Shown here in pieces: positions 1 through 13,052 of a DNA stretch of 64,000 bases. The stretch is from Epiperipatus broadwayi (Eukaryota; Animalia; Onychophora), in the NCBI GenBank assembly GCA_028023455.1, contig JAQFVV010000001.1, positions 14,756,001 to 14,820,000 of the forward strand. The letters are read 5' to 3'. The translations under genes and the position numbers were made by a program. Every line of letters begins with the position of its first letter. Within the stretch, counting starts at the first letter, position 1. Below the pieces are notes generated by a model that was given only the letters and a program-made list of their open reading frames with translations, had not been told where the DNA came from and did not search any database.

Positions 1-1249
1 AGATTAGTGGTGGGGGGAGGGGGGGGCTTCATTCTTCACATTTTGAATATGCATGCTTTCACACTATCATGACTGATCAATTGTAGAACATGATAAGTTC
101 TCTCTATACTCCATGATATAAAAGTGTCACAGACTGGAAGTTCACAAAATAAACCATTTATTGCATAGCTTTAAAAATGTTTCTTCTTTTTTGACTTTTA
201 AAATAATATTTAATTTAAGTCTTTTTTTTTAAGTTGTACAAAATTTAATAATAAAATAAACCTCTATCTGAAAAATTACATTACAAACAAATTTTACATA
301 TTAATCATGAGGTACAATAATAATAATAAACCTTCTTACCAAGTTTAAAAATTAGAGTAACAAAATAAAAAAATAAGTTTTTAACTTATACCTCAATAAT
401 CCTGAAAAATATTAAGCTACAAATATTTACATTACTAGTTTTATGAAAATAAATTTTAAATAAGCACACCCTTTAGGTAAGGGTAGTTTTAAATGTTAAA
501 AAAAACTGATAATTGGAATGAGGTGGAAGAAATCAAAATTTTAATTATCTTCTTTTTAAATAAATGTTTAATTTTCCTTTTCTCCTTCAAGTTAATGAAT
601 GAAAAAAGTAAATGTTAATTCTATATGTATTAATACATAACTTTTTATTATTATATTTTTTCATATGAACTTAAAAAACTTTTGTGCTTCTTTAATCTAT
701 AACTTTATATTTTACATCACTAACTAGCATACTATACTTTGGTATTCTATAAAATAAAAACTTATAACAATATTTATAATGGTTAATGACAGCCTTAAGC
801 ATCAGTCTATTTGAAGATTTATCATAATACATGTATATAAATATATATTTTTGATTTGTTTATGTATGTGCTGAATGCTTGCTATTAATATCAATGTTTC
901 AAATGAATCATACTTGCTATCATCCAGATAGAAAAATTATTAAATAGTTGTTGCAGAGATAGTGAAAACAGTTTTTGTTTTCAGCACCACTGCAATATCA
1001 ATTGCATGTGTGATTCAGCTGAAACAATGATATTGACAATAAGCAATAAATGTACATAAAGAAACCCAAAATATATGTTTACATCTTTCACTCATAAAAA
1101 TCGTCACTTTAATATACATATATAAATAGCAGAAAAGTTTTCACACTTAAAAAGTAAAGCATATATATATTCATGTATTATATTAAAAATCATCATAAAA
1201 GCTTTCATACACACATTAATTCCAAGAAAAATGAATAACATCTCATTAA

Positions 1250-2500
1250 AATATTAGCAGACTATATCTATGGAGAATTATTTAATGAATTAAATTTTTT
1301 ATAAGACCTGCAACAATCTAGTCATCATATTATAATAGACTATAAAAAATTCTCTCTAAGACAATTCTGTAGTGTTTTCTAAAGACTATTTTAGAATATT
1401 TTAATATCTTCAATAACACTCAATAAGAGCAAACTGCATATGATATATAAAAGCAAAATCTATTAAACTGTAAAATAACAAGTGCTTTAACCAAGCAATA
1501 AAACTTAATATCACTATTAGTAATTTGCTTAATATTTTGAACGATATATAAAACATAATTTGCTATGTTTTAATATAATTCAAATGTTTAGGCTACCATG
1601 TTTTGTATCAATTTTTCTTTTCTGGCGCAAAATAGTCTCTGGTAATAAAAGTACAACTTTTTTAGACATAATTTAAAATTTTGGTAACTTTTTTTATATA
1701 TTTCTGATATCTAATACCAACCTTAAAAATAAAATTATTTTTTAATTGAGTATAATAATGTATCGAATTTGTTGCTTTGCTATCAAAATATTAGCAATAT
1801 GTAAATGAGTTAGAAAGTTGAAAAGAGATCTAAAATATGATTGTCAATGTGAAAAACTTAAAAATCATTGCTCTGTCATTTAGTGTTTCATTTATTGTCT
1901 TTTTATACTCATTGTATTTTTTTTAAAATTTCATTATATTATTATTAAAATCGTTATAATTTACAGCATATAAAAAAAAAACCATACTAATTTATTGCTT
2001 TCAAAATTAAATAACCCTAATGATTTACATTTCTTTAACTGATGTTTTTTGTTTTTTTTTTGTAATATGTATTGTAGTAATAATTCAGTCAAAGATCTAT
2101 AAATTTAGTCATTTTAAATATATTTCATAAACTACAGTTTGTTAAATATTAGAAAACTATTTATTATAATCATTAAAAAAAATTAATATCATTATTTGGA
2201 TTTATCACTTAAATGTGCTATTATTATTATTTTTCATGTAGTAATTGTCAAAATTTCTAATGGAAGTTAGTATTTTAAGTTAATTATTGAGAAATGTATA
2301 GTTAGAAAAGCAACAGTTATCTGGTTTTAAAATAATATTAAATCTATAGACAATAAAAAGATTTAAGAATATATTTTTAAATATTTAAAAAAAATAGAAT
2401 TTGGTGCACAAAGATGGAAAATTAACTTGTAATAAATGTGTAAAATAAAGACTATTATGGAGTTGTTTAAAAGATCAAATAATGAGCCCAGCAATTCTAT
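1250..2500 (+). mobile_element. Heavily decayed non-LTR (L1/Tx1-like) RT remnant
   Basis: Frameshifted DYK-KILSKTI...EQTAY near 1335-1440 resembles the RT DYKILSK...Q.AF region. Boundaries are approximate. Confidence 0.35.
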
Positions 2501-2899
2501 CTACATGACCAAATTTAGATATATTTTTTTTTACTTTTCTTAGATGACAATTGATGAAAAAACCTTTAGTTCTTGGGTTCACTCCTTACAACTATATTAA
2601 CATGCATAAGCATAACCAAATATTGTTTTCCAAAATTCAGTATGCCCACCCAAATTCTGTTATGGATCCAAAGTGCCTTAGAATTAAATAATGTTAAATG
2701 AATAAGTACATTGAATAAAAAAACAGAAAATAAAACAGAAAAGATGGAGAACTTGTGAACAAAAATTAAAAGAAATGGATATTGTGAATCAAAGTAAAAA
2801 GTTTGTGAAGAAAATAAATAAATAAATAAATGAAAAGGGCATAAGTTTATTGCTCTGAAAATAATTTATATATATAATACAAAAAGTAATGTAATAATC

Positions 2900-4800
2900 A
2901 AAAACAAAAAAAACTTTTGGAAATAAAAACCCTTTATATGATAGATAATTGACAAACTGAAAAGCTGTTCCAAAAAATCTGGTAAATATAAACATAAATA
3001 TGACAGTAAAGTTGTAAAAATAAAGTATAAAAACATTTTGAAAATAATTTTAAAAAAGTTATGTAATAGAGGATTAGAATGTTATGATAGGATGAGAAGA
3101 TTTTGGGTTATAGATTAAAAATGAGAAGAAAAAAGAGAAATTTTTGAAGAGAAATTAGAAGTCATGACAAGCATTATGGTTTAAAAATTATAATAAAAGT
3201 ATTTATAAAGAAAAACTCCAGTTGAATAAAATTAGGAATAATTCTAAAGGATTTTCTGTATATCATGGCAATGATATATATCAAGATATTTAGCAGAGAT
3301 AAAAATAAAATTAACTTTTAAAAAAATAAATAATAATCAGCTAAAACAAAGGAAGATCATTATTAAATTTAAAAAAACTAATAAAAAATTTCAAATTTAT
3401 TAAATAATATATATATAATAAAATATTAAATGATCAAAAGTCAAACTGATATATTCCACGGGATTGATGCTTAACTTTTCATTATCTAAATGATTATTGT
3501 CCATAGTTCAATTTATTACGTTAGTATAATTAACACTAGTAAAGCAATTATTATAGCACATAAAAATTATTTATAAAACTTGTTAACCATGTTTTTATCC
3601 ATTTATTAACTCTTTGCCAAAAAATAATAAAACTGCTTTTCTGATTCAAATTTATTATAAATTAAACAAAAAAAATGTTATAGCAATTACTAAAAAATTT
3701 TAAATTCAAGTATTTTATATATTTATATTATCATAAAAACAACACAATTTGTTAAAACTAAATTATAATTTTTTCTTTTTTAAGGAAAAAAAACTGAAAC
3801 AAATACATGGAAAAGTAGCAAAATATCAACAATAATTATTATTATTTATAATTACTAAGTATAAGAATACATTTAGTATTGCATCTCTCAATTGGTAAAC
3901 ACTCTCAATATATTAAACAATATCTTTTAATATTCTAATTATTAATTCATAATCAACAAAATAAAGTTGAAATATTTTCTTCTTTTTTTTTTAATTGTCA
4001 TAAATGATAAATGTGCGTTGATAATCGACATGTAATTTTTGATAATTTGGAATAAAAAGTTATATTTCTTAATAGAATTCATATTATTTAAGGTCTGAAT
4101 TTCATATCATTATAATTCATACTAATTCAAGCTTTATTATAAAAAGGTTATTTTCTCCAAATTCAATCACATATTTCTCATGATTTTTTTTATTATTATT
4201 TTATTATAGTAAACAACCTGCAATCCATTATTATGGCAAATTTCAACATTTGTACTAAAATCTTTATTAATATTTTAAAATAAGAATTATTGCCTGAAGT
4301 TATACTCTTTGAACATTCATTTTTTATTAATTCTTTTTTTTTCTTTACATGACCCTCAAAATAAAAATTATTACATCCAATTCATATTTTCTAATTTATT
4401 TTTTAATTCTATTAGTTTTGCCTTATCTAAAATAATTTATAGATCTAATTCAGTAAAAAGTGTGTAAGAACCAAAATTAAAAAAAAAATTTATAAATAAA
4501 AAATTTTTTAATGACATATGGCTGGTGGTAAGGTTGAAAAGATATTCCAAGAAATTTGATGAATATTCAGATGCACATACCAAAATGTAAATATGATACT
4601 GAAAACCAAAAATCATGTATGAAAAAAAAATTTTTAGGTAGTTTAAAAAAAAAGTTATATAATAGAGGATTAGAATGTTACAATTGAATGAAAAAATAAG
4701 CTTGTAGTAGACAATGAGTAAGGAGTAAAAAACAAAAAAGGTAAAAGATGGATACATTTTTGCAGAGAAATTAAAAATCATAATAAACATTATTGTCAAA
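2900..4800 (+). repeat. Two diverged copies of a dispersed repeat (~2900-3180 and ~4500-4800)
   Basis: Shared blocks AAAAAAGTTAT(G/A)TAATAGAGGATTAGAATGTTA and ATTTTTG.AGAGAAATTA.AA.TCAT.A.AA.CATTAT. Confidence 0.55.
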
Positions 4801-6196
4801 AAAATCATAATAAAAGAATTAACCTAATATCAAATAAATAATAATTTTATAATTGATAGGCAATCTGCCAAAGCAATTGGAATAATGATATTAAAAGCAT
4901 TTCAAAAGTTTACATTCCACTGATTATATATAGTTGAAAGACAGTATTTATTACTTATTATATTTATAATTAATTAAACACTATATAAATATATAACAAT
5001 ATTAAATAACATTAAAAACAACATATTATTTGTTGCATTGGTCAAATTTAAGTTAGGGAAGGTTTAAGATTTTTCTTTCTAATCTTGGATTTAAAAAACT
5101 TTTTTATAAATCTACTTCTCTTTACTGGTTATCAAAATCCAGAATAAGATTATTGTTTTTTAGTTTTTGTTGTTGTTATTAATAGAAATGTTTTTGTTCA
5201 TTAGAATATCTCCCCCCCCCCCATCCCCTTCCCTCTTTTAGGTTTAATATTCTAAACAGAGATAATTAAAAACAATCTTGTTAGAATACTTTTTCTAGTA
5301 GTAGGCAAAAGATCTCTTAATAAGATGCTCAATTATACAACATACTAATTAGAGCTCCTATTTTTCATCCAGAATATGAAAGACCATTAAAGCTCATACT
5401 GTTTATATAAAAGTTACATCTAAAAATAAATAAAACAGATGTAAGAGATAGAACATAAATGAGTAAATAGAATTATAATAATGAGAATGATACAAAAGTA
5501 ACAGCATTTATTTGTAATCTGAATTTTAGTTCTCATTAAAAAAATTAATAGAGCAATCATTTTTTTAGCTTAACAAAACAAAACTAATTTAAAATATATG
5601 TTCAGAATAGTATGCTTTTAACAAATAAAAAATCACTAGTAAAAAACTATTACTACATTTTACATTAAAACAAATACAGGATATTTAAAGATATTATCTG
5701 TATAAATCCCCACAAACAAGTTCTAAATTTAAAATATATTTTGATAAAATTATATATTAAAAAAAAAAACGTACAAATATTTAACAATCAAAATTATGAT
5801 GCTGCAAATAAATTTTATAAAATTCTGAAATAAATTGTATATAGAAACTGATGAGGAGGGGGAGGAGTTTTTATTTTCTTAATTATACAAATAAACATAG
5901 CAAATCAAATTTAAAATCTTAAAATGTTGATAAAATTTGAAACTATATATTTAAAGTGTTACTATTTTAAAGTACAATTCATATTCTAATCTCTCAATCT
6001 ACCTTTGTTTGGAAGAGTCTTGGTGAGTAAACGGTTAATTGTGGTAAAACAAAATTGGAGAGAAACTGAAAATGCACTTCCGGTTGCATTTGTATGTACT
6101 GAAAATGCATTCACATATGGTTGAGCCTTTATAAGACCCTAACCCACACACTATATTGACTACTAAACTTTTAAAATATAATATATATATATATAT

Positions 6197-7768
6197 TGAA
6201 ACAGGGCTGAGTTCGATCCCTGTTTTAAAAAGTAAACTTGCTTATATATGCGTCAATATAGCCCAATTAATTAAATTTATTTCTCTTTCATATTTAAATT
6301 TCCTTAGTATATAAATTTATAATTCTAAATAGGGATTTAAAAAGGTTAAAATAAACAGAAGAGACGGAGGATATGTGAGCTCGTTTGTTTTTTGAAAACG
6401 CATGTATATATTTTGCTAGATAGAATAATATAAAAAAAAAAAAAAAGTATAAATGCAGTTATGGAAATATACTTTATTTTTCAAGATGAAAACTTTTCAA
6501 TTTCATTTTGGAAAAGTTAAATGGAAAAAAAGATATCAAAAATAACTTAATCGATATCTAAGGAATTTAATTAGTGAGATTTAGGTTTAGATCCAAAAGA
6601 ATTTCAATGAAAACAAAAAAAGAACAAAATTAGATTTGGAGGTGCAAAAAGTTTTTGTTCAAAAAGAATCCTGATTTTTGAGCGGCAGAACTTGCTAAAA
6701 AGAGGATTCTATTGCTGATTTTTGTAAGGCGTGCTGCGAGAGATTTGTGGAGAGAAATGGAGGGTAGAATGGTGGGCAAGCTGGCTTAAGAAAGCATAAG
6801 CATGCCAGGCAGTACAATCCCGCCCCATGAAGGTCCGAAGGTGGCTGCAGGAAAAGTAACTGTCGAAGATAGAAACAAATTGATCCGAAGTCTAAATTAA
6901 AAAAAAAAAAGGAATGGAATCAACAAGCAAAGATATAGGACAGGCGGAATAAATAATTCAATTTCATCACCATTATATAAGTGCTATAAAAGGGAGTCAA
7001 AACGAATGAAATTTTTCACTTTTAATAATCCATCATTTTCCCCAGGGAAGAAAAGAAATGCAGGTACGTACACATTCAACAATATGTAATTAGTGTTCCA
7101 GATAGCGTCTGTTTCTTTTAATTTTTCACAAACTTTCTTTACAAACTTCATTATCATGAACGATATGCATAAACTTTTAAAAAAAGGAAAGAATCAAAGA
7201 AAAGGAAATGATTTTTCTTACTGTATGAACTGATATATGTTTTATTCAAGTGATTTTTTTTTAAATATCTAAGCAGTATGTGTATGCATGCGTTTGTCTT
7301 AAAATAAAGAACACAAAATATTTAATCATGGTAAAATAAAAATGTACAAAATTAAAAAACGAAATGAATGTTTATTGGTATTGTTTATTTAGGTCTGTTT
7401 TTATAAAAGTAGAAAGAATTTAGAATAGTAGAGCAAGCACATTAAAGTATAGTAACCTCCTCCCTCATAGATTTCCGTCGATTTGTCAATCACCTGCCTT
7501 GAGTAGAGCTAGCCAAGGGCATTTCCATATTGGTATTCCAGCTCTCCCAGCATAATTCTTATAGTAATATAGGATTGGCGCTTGAGGTCATAAATTGCTG
7601 CTCATAAATATTCTGGGCGATAAATGGAATAATTTTCGAAATACTTTTAAGAATAAATATTTTTTTAAACATACGCATGTACGTGTATCATTATATATCT
7701 ACACGCAATCTTACAAATGGTTTTATATATGCGTAAGATATATATGAGAAACGGTAAATCTCGTTACA
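6197..7768. mobile_element. Probable solo LTR
   Basis: TGAAAC...GTTACA termini with ATAT on both sides (6193-6196 and 7769-7772). GC-richer than the flanks and absent from paralogous copy B. The TSD sits in AT-rich sequence, so it is weak evidence. Confidence 0.5.
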
Positions 7769-9029
7769 ATATTTCAACAATCATTGGTTTATTACTAAAT
7801 GATTTCATAATTATATAATTTTGTTCTATCTATTCATTAATTATATATTCTCAGGCTTTCTATTAATAGATATTCATTAAGACTTATTGTAATAATTATC
7901 TCAGGGCTTTTATTTAATAAGCATTTATTATTATCAAGATGAATATGCATATTAGGGATTTTTATGTACGTATTCTACTTTTAACTTATTGGATTTAAAT
8001 AGAAAATATAATAACAATATTTAAGTAACCTTAAATGAATCAGCAGTGTGATATCTTGACATGAACTTAAATGATATCAAAATGATGATTAAAGAATAAT
8101 ACCATATACTTTAACAAAAATAACAAATTTGTTTATTTCATGTAAATAACAAACAAAATAATAATAATAATATACAAATCAGCACTATATAATAGCAAAT
8201 ATTAAAGATAAATATTTATAATATGAATTATCTTTATAGGACAATAAATATTAAAGATAAATGTTTTCAACTCTTTTGGAAGGTGTATTGATTTTATCTA
8301 CATTTGATGTCTAAACTTATAATATGTGTGGAATACAATATATATGTTATAGAAGATGGATTGCAATATTTCAACCTACTTTTACTTTGAACATATAATT
8401 GAATTAAGTATCTCAAAACTATAAATTTAATACTTTCACATTTGTCACTTTCTTTATTCACTTGTGTTTGAATTCAAATTTTATTATTCTAAGATTTATT
8501 TTACAAACACCTATGAAATAGAGTATTTTAATAATTCTCCACCATGCAGGTAAAACTGGTAAAAAATTATATCACAGTAGCAAATTTCAACTTGTAATTT
8601 TAAATTAATTCTAGCATATATTTTAACACCTATGTGTTGATGAACCAAATATACATAACCTTTATCCTGAAAAATTTACTAATTATTCTTAATAGTTTTA
8701 TTCAAACATGGATCAAGAAAAGAACTTCAAAATTTATAACAAATTATGAAACATAATATTTATACTTTTTAAATAAATTTAAAATAATGGTTAAAAAAAA
8801 AAATGCAATTTCTCTCTACTAACAAAGATTTAACCTGTATTCATTTTCACATTTCTATCTTACTTTACCCTTAAATATTGGGTTGTCATCTGATCCTTCG
8901 TGTCAGCTGCCAGAGCGCGATTTCTAACTGAAAAACACATTAATATATAGTTCCCGGGATAGCGATTCTCTATTAATATTGACTTTTTTTTTGGTTTGTT
9001 TACAAAGTTTACTTTTTTTCGTTTCTGAA

Positions 9030-10330
9030 TTATTTTTCCCAAATAATATTTTTGACGATGGGATAATAATAGTTTGTTTGTTTTTTTACCAAAGGGTCTT
9101 TTTTGGTGTGTGTTCAAATAGTAATTTGTGTTTTTTTTTTTAAAAAAAAAAAATATTACTGTTTTTGTAAAATTGGATTGACAAAATTCAAGAGAGAACG
9201 GGGTTTTATGATGGATCTTTAAATAATAATTTACGTTACTTTGATAGGTTTACATTTGATTGCCGAAAAAATTATTGGGAGAAGTGTTGTTTTTTTTTTT
9301 TTTCGCGCGTGTGTGTTTATGTTTAAATAAAATTTAAAACCTTTACTTTTATCGGTTTACATTTGATGGACGACCGATTGGACTTCCTTTCGTTTATAAA
9401 TTATGGTTTTGGTTCTACAAATAAATATTTTTGACAATGGGACGATAATAGTTGTTGTTTAATTTTTATTGACAAGAGCGGGTGTTTTTTTGGTGTAGAT
9501 TCAAATAGTAATTTGGGTTACGTTTAAATAATAAGTTGCGGTCTTACTTTGATCGGTTTACATTTGATTCCCGACACTAATTACTGGGAAGGGTGTTTTT
9601 TTGTGTGTACGATTGTAGACAACAATTATTGGGAGAAGGGGTGTAACCATTTAAAGAATAGTAGTTTACGTTACTTTTAGTAGTGGTGTACATTTGATTG
9701 CTGACAATAATTAGTGAGAGGGGTGGGTGTTTTTTGGTGATTGGCGACAACAATTATTGGGAGGAAGAGTTTTGCGTTTTGTTTTTGTTCGTGTGTATGT
9801 TTAAATCAAAATTTAAGTTACTTTTATCGGTTACCATTTGATTGAAAACCAATTTGACTTTCTTTTTTTTTTCGTTTATAAATTATTTGGGTTTTCCCAA
9901 ATAATATTCGATTTGACAATGGGACAATAAGTCTAGGTTTCTTTAATTTTGATTGACAAGAGCGAGTCTTTTTCGGTGTACGTTCGAATAGTAATTTGGG
10001 TTATGTTTAACTAATAATTTACTGTCTTACTTCGATTGTTTTACATTTGATTGGCCAGGACAATTAGTGGGAGGGTTTTTTTTGTTTTTTTCTATACGAT
10101 TAAAGAATAATTGACGTTCCTTTTATTTGACCCGTTTGATTGCCGACGACAACAATTATTGGGAGAAGAGTGGTTTTTGGGGTTACGTTTAAATAAAAAT
10201 TTTAGTTACTTCTTTTATTTTACATTTGATTGCCGACGCCAACAATTATCGAGAGAAGAAGGGATGTACGTTTAAATAAAAATTGAAGTTACTTCTTTTA
10301 TTTTTGACATTTGACGAAGGTCATTTAGAA
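9030..10330. repeat. Higher-order tandem array inside the TIR element
   Basis: About 8-10 copies of TTACATTTGATTGCCGAC.ACAATTATTGGGAGAAG-like motifs. They are nested in three larger units marked by CAAATAATATT..TTGAC.ATGGGA at ~9038, ~9418 and ~9897. Confidence 0.85.
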
Positions 10331-10879
10331 TCCCTCAAACAAGCTTGCCTTTACGAAGTGAACCTTTCCGTCGGCAGATGTTTTCGGACCTCACATCTGC
10401 ATATATTTGCCGCACAATCCAATCTTTTCTTTCAGCAGCAGGATGTTTTTTTCTGCTGTAGAAATATTCCAGCGCTGGCCCGTGTCTGGCAATTCCCATC
10501 TTTTCAAGTTTTCTGTTGTGGGAATTAGCCGTACTTTTTGTCTTGGAAAATTTCTCGCTAAAACGTGACTCAAAGCGTGATTTTTAAATTTTTACGCTAT
10601 TCCACCCTAATCGAAAATTTAGGAGGAATACAAATTTATGAGGAACAATCATGATACTGTTAAAATTGATAAAATGTAACAGTACATCGATTGGTCTTAA
10701 AAAAAACAAGGCACCGATGAAAATTTAAATAATTTTGACACGATCAAAATAAACACCCTAGTACAATATTGTTACATCAAATACATAACGCAGCATTACG
10801 ATATAGTGCATGATACAAACAACTACGGCATTTTCCTCTGCTTTTAGCATCGGAAAAAGCCACACCGTTAGCTGCTAAG

Positions 10880-11020
10880 CCGAGTTAACACTCTTTCTAG
10901 ATTTTATCGTAGAAAGGAGACTTAACTTCCGAGTTAATACTCTACTTTTTAGTGTAGAAAGTAGACTTAACTCCGAGTTAACAATCTTTCTAGGATTTCT
11001 TTTAGAAAGAATGCTTAAAG
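10880..11020. repeat. Three tandem 44-49 bp hairpin units
   Basis: Units start at 10880, 10929 and 10973 with CCGAGTTAA. Each has an outer GAGTTAA/TTAACT(C) stem (degenerate in unit 3) and an inner 8-10 bp stem. Confidence 0.8.
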
Positions 11021-13052
11021 GCTTGGGTGCGGCCGCGGAAACGGCATATTTCTAGAAATTTAGCTAGAAATCGCGCCTCTGGCGGCTGACACGAACGATC
11101 AGATTACTTTACCCTTAAATATTGAATATAAAATATACTATCTGGATTTCCAATGAAACTTTATGGTTAGACTTGGTATATTTACTATTCTAATAATTTA
11201 TTAAACTATTCATTAAAACATAACTAACTAATACATCATTCATATAAAGTTTATATGGCAATCCAATATCGAACATTTCCAAATTTATCAGTAATAAGAC
11301 TCTCAGATGACAGCACATTTAACGATTTGTAGAACTATTTATTATTCACTTTAACTGAAAATTAATCCATTTTGAAAAATGTTGATCCTAAATATTAAAT
11401 GTATATCTTGAATTCCTTTGATTTCTTTCATTCTTTTGATAGTCATAAGTATAAACCCATAAAATATTTAATTAACTCTTTGTCAAAACAAGTACTCCAG
11501 TCACTATACTGCTTTCATGCTTATGATGTTTTAAAGAAAATTATTTCAATTGTTTCTATTCAATAACAATATTTTACTGATTCCTTAATATATGAGGCAA
11601 TTCTAATATCCTTCATCAAAAACTTCCTTTACTGAATAAGATTCTGGGATAATCACTCAAAATTTTACTGGAACTATATTAAAAACACATTCCTTTGAAA
11701 TTGGAGAAACATAATTTAGCCATTTAATCCTTTAAACAAATATTAGTAAGATATTCTAGAATTTCAATAACACAAATTTCAAATTTCCTTAACTGAAAAT
11801 TAAAAAACTTTCCTTTTATATTTTAGTTTAACATATATCCATCACTGATACTGAAATGGAGTAGAGACCTGACCCTGTCTAGGGCAGACTCCTGTTAATG
11901 TTTTTCTCCCCTGCCATCCTTGGGTAGGTAGGTATAAAAATGGCTATTCTGGATAAAAACATGAGATTTTGCACTGCACCGAAAATTTTATAGATTGACT
12001 TCTCATAGTTTTCTCCTAGACATCAAAATTTTCCACAATGCATCTCTCCTTGCAATTGATTTCCGGGGTGTCTCCATAATACCATAAATAATCATATGAG
12101 ATCCTATAGTTTTTTCTCTCAATGGGTAGGAAAGTGTATTCATTTTGAAATATAAAATAAAATAATCATAAAAAAAATGTTTAACACCAATTTATCATAA
12201 ACAAATAAATAAAAATGCATTTATCCATTTATTAACAAACTTTATTAGAATAATAAATATTTGTCAATAAATATTATTAGATCAATAAAATTTTATTAAT
12301 ATTTTAACACCAATAATTTCATTAGGTTTTATATTCTGTTATTTTAGAAGAATTTATTAAATCTAAACTTTTAATTATCTAAGATTTCGGTAAATGTTTT
12401 GTTGATTTTTCTAGCACACTTTTCTAATTTTGTGACTATTATTTACACACGTGCCCACACATTATTACATAAATGTACAAAATTTTATATATTTCTAATT
12501 ACTAGCACTTCTGATTTAATCAACAATTTAGTCATTTTGAATTTATTGTAAATATTCCAATTTAGCAATGTTTGACTATTTATTATCTCACTGTTTATTT
12601 ATAGCCATCGCTAAAACAATTCACTAATTGTTTAAATTATTATAAAGAAATGCAATATTTAATATTTAAAAATATTCAAAAACTAATATTTGAAATCTAA
12701 AAAACAAATAAAAATTTAATATGATTATCCCCTTTCACATTGCCTTTATGGAAGTTTACTCTTGATTTTACACCCATCACTTGATCTTCTTATCTATTGT
12801 GAAATATATAAACAAGAAAATTTTTGATCAATTCATATTCTGTAGACCATGATAGCATTGGTACCAAAATATAATGCTACAATATATATATAGCAGATTG
12901 ACATAATAAGGAGTAAAATTGTAAAAAAGTACACAATATATTTTTAATTTTTATTATTAGTGAACTTTTTTTAAATTATGTTATGTTAATGTTTTATATA
13001 ATAAAATAAAAAGCATAAATGCTTACTGTGTGTTAATAAATTTATAATATAT

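Larger units (their letters stand above)
8881..11104. mobile_element. Non-autonomous TIR element with ~42-bp TIRs and a 20-bp direct duplication
   Basis: TIRs at 8888-8929 and 11062-11104 (3 mismatches and 1 indel). TACTTTACCCTTAAATATTG occurs at 8861-8880 and 11105-11124. The paralogous site near 20110-20135 is empty. Confidence 0.85.
5990..12900 (-). mobile_element. Old unclassified repeat, copy A, interrupted by later insertions; homologous to 19250-21850
   Basis: Collinear similarity: 6005-6150 to 19255-19410, 7945-8460 to 19515-20000, 8830-8880 plus 11125-12900 to 20090-21850. Decayed reading frames lie on the minus strand. Confidence 0.7.

Noticed and set aside
9240-10260. Minus-strand translation of the repeat motif, LPIIVVGNQM, resembling the small-GTPase PIILVGNK motif
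   Set aside because: It is followed immediately by a stop and has no other GTPase motifs, so it is treated as coincidence.
9030-10330. CRISPR-like appearance of conserved motif plus variable spacers
   Set aside because: The context is eukaryotic and there are no cas genes. Spacers are irregular in length and related to each other, and the motif is degenerate.
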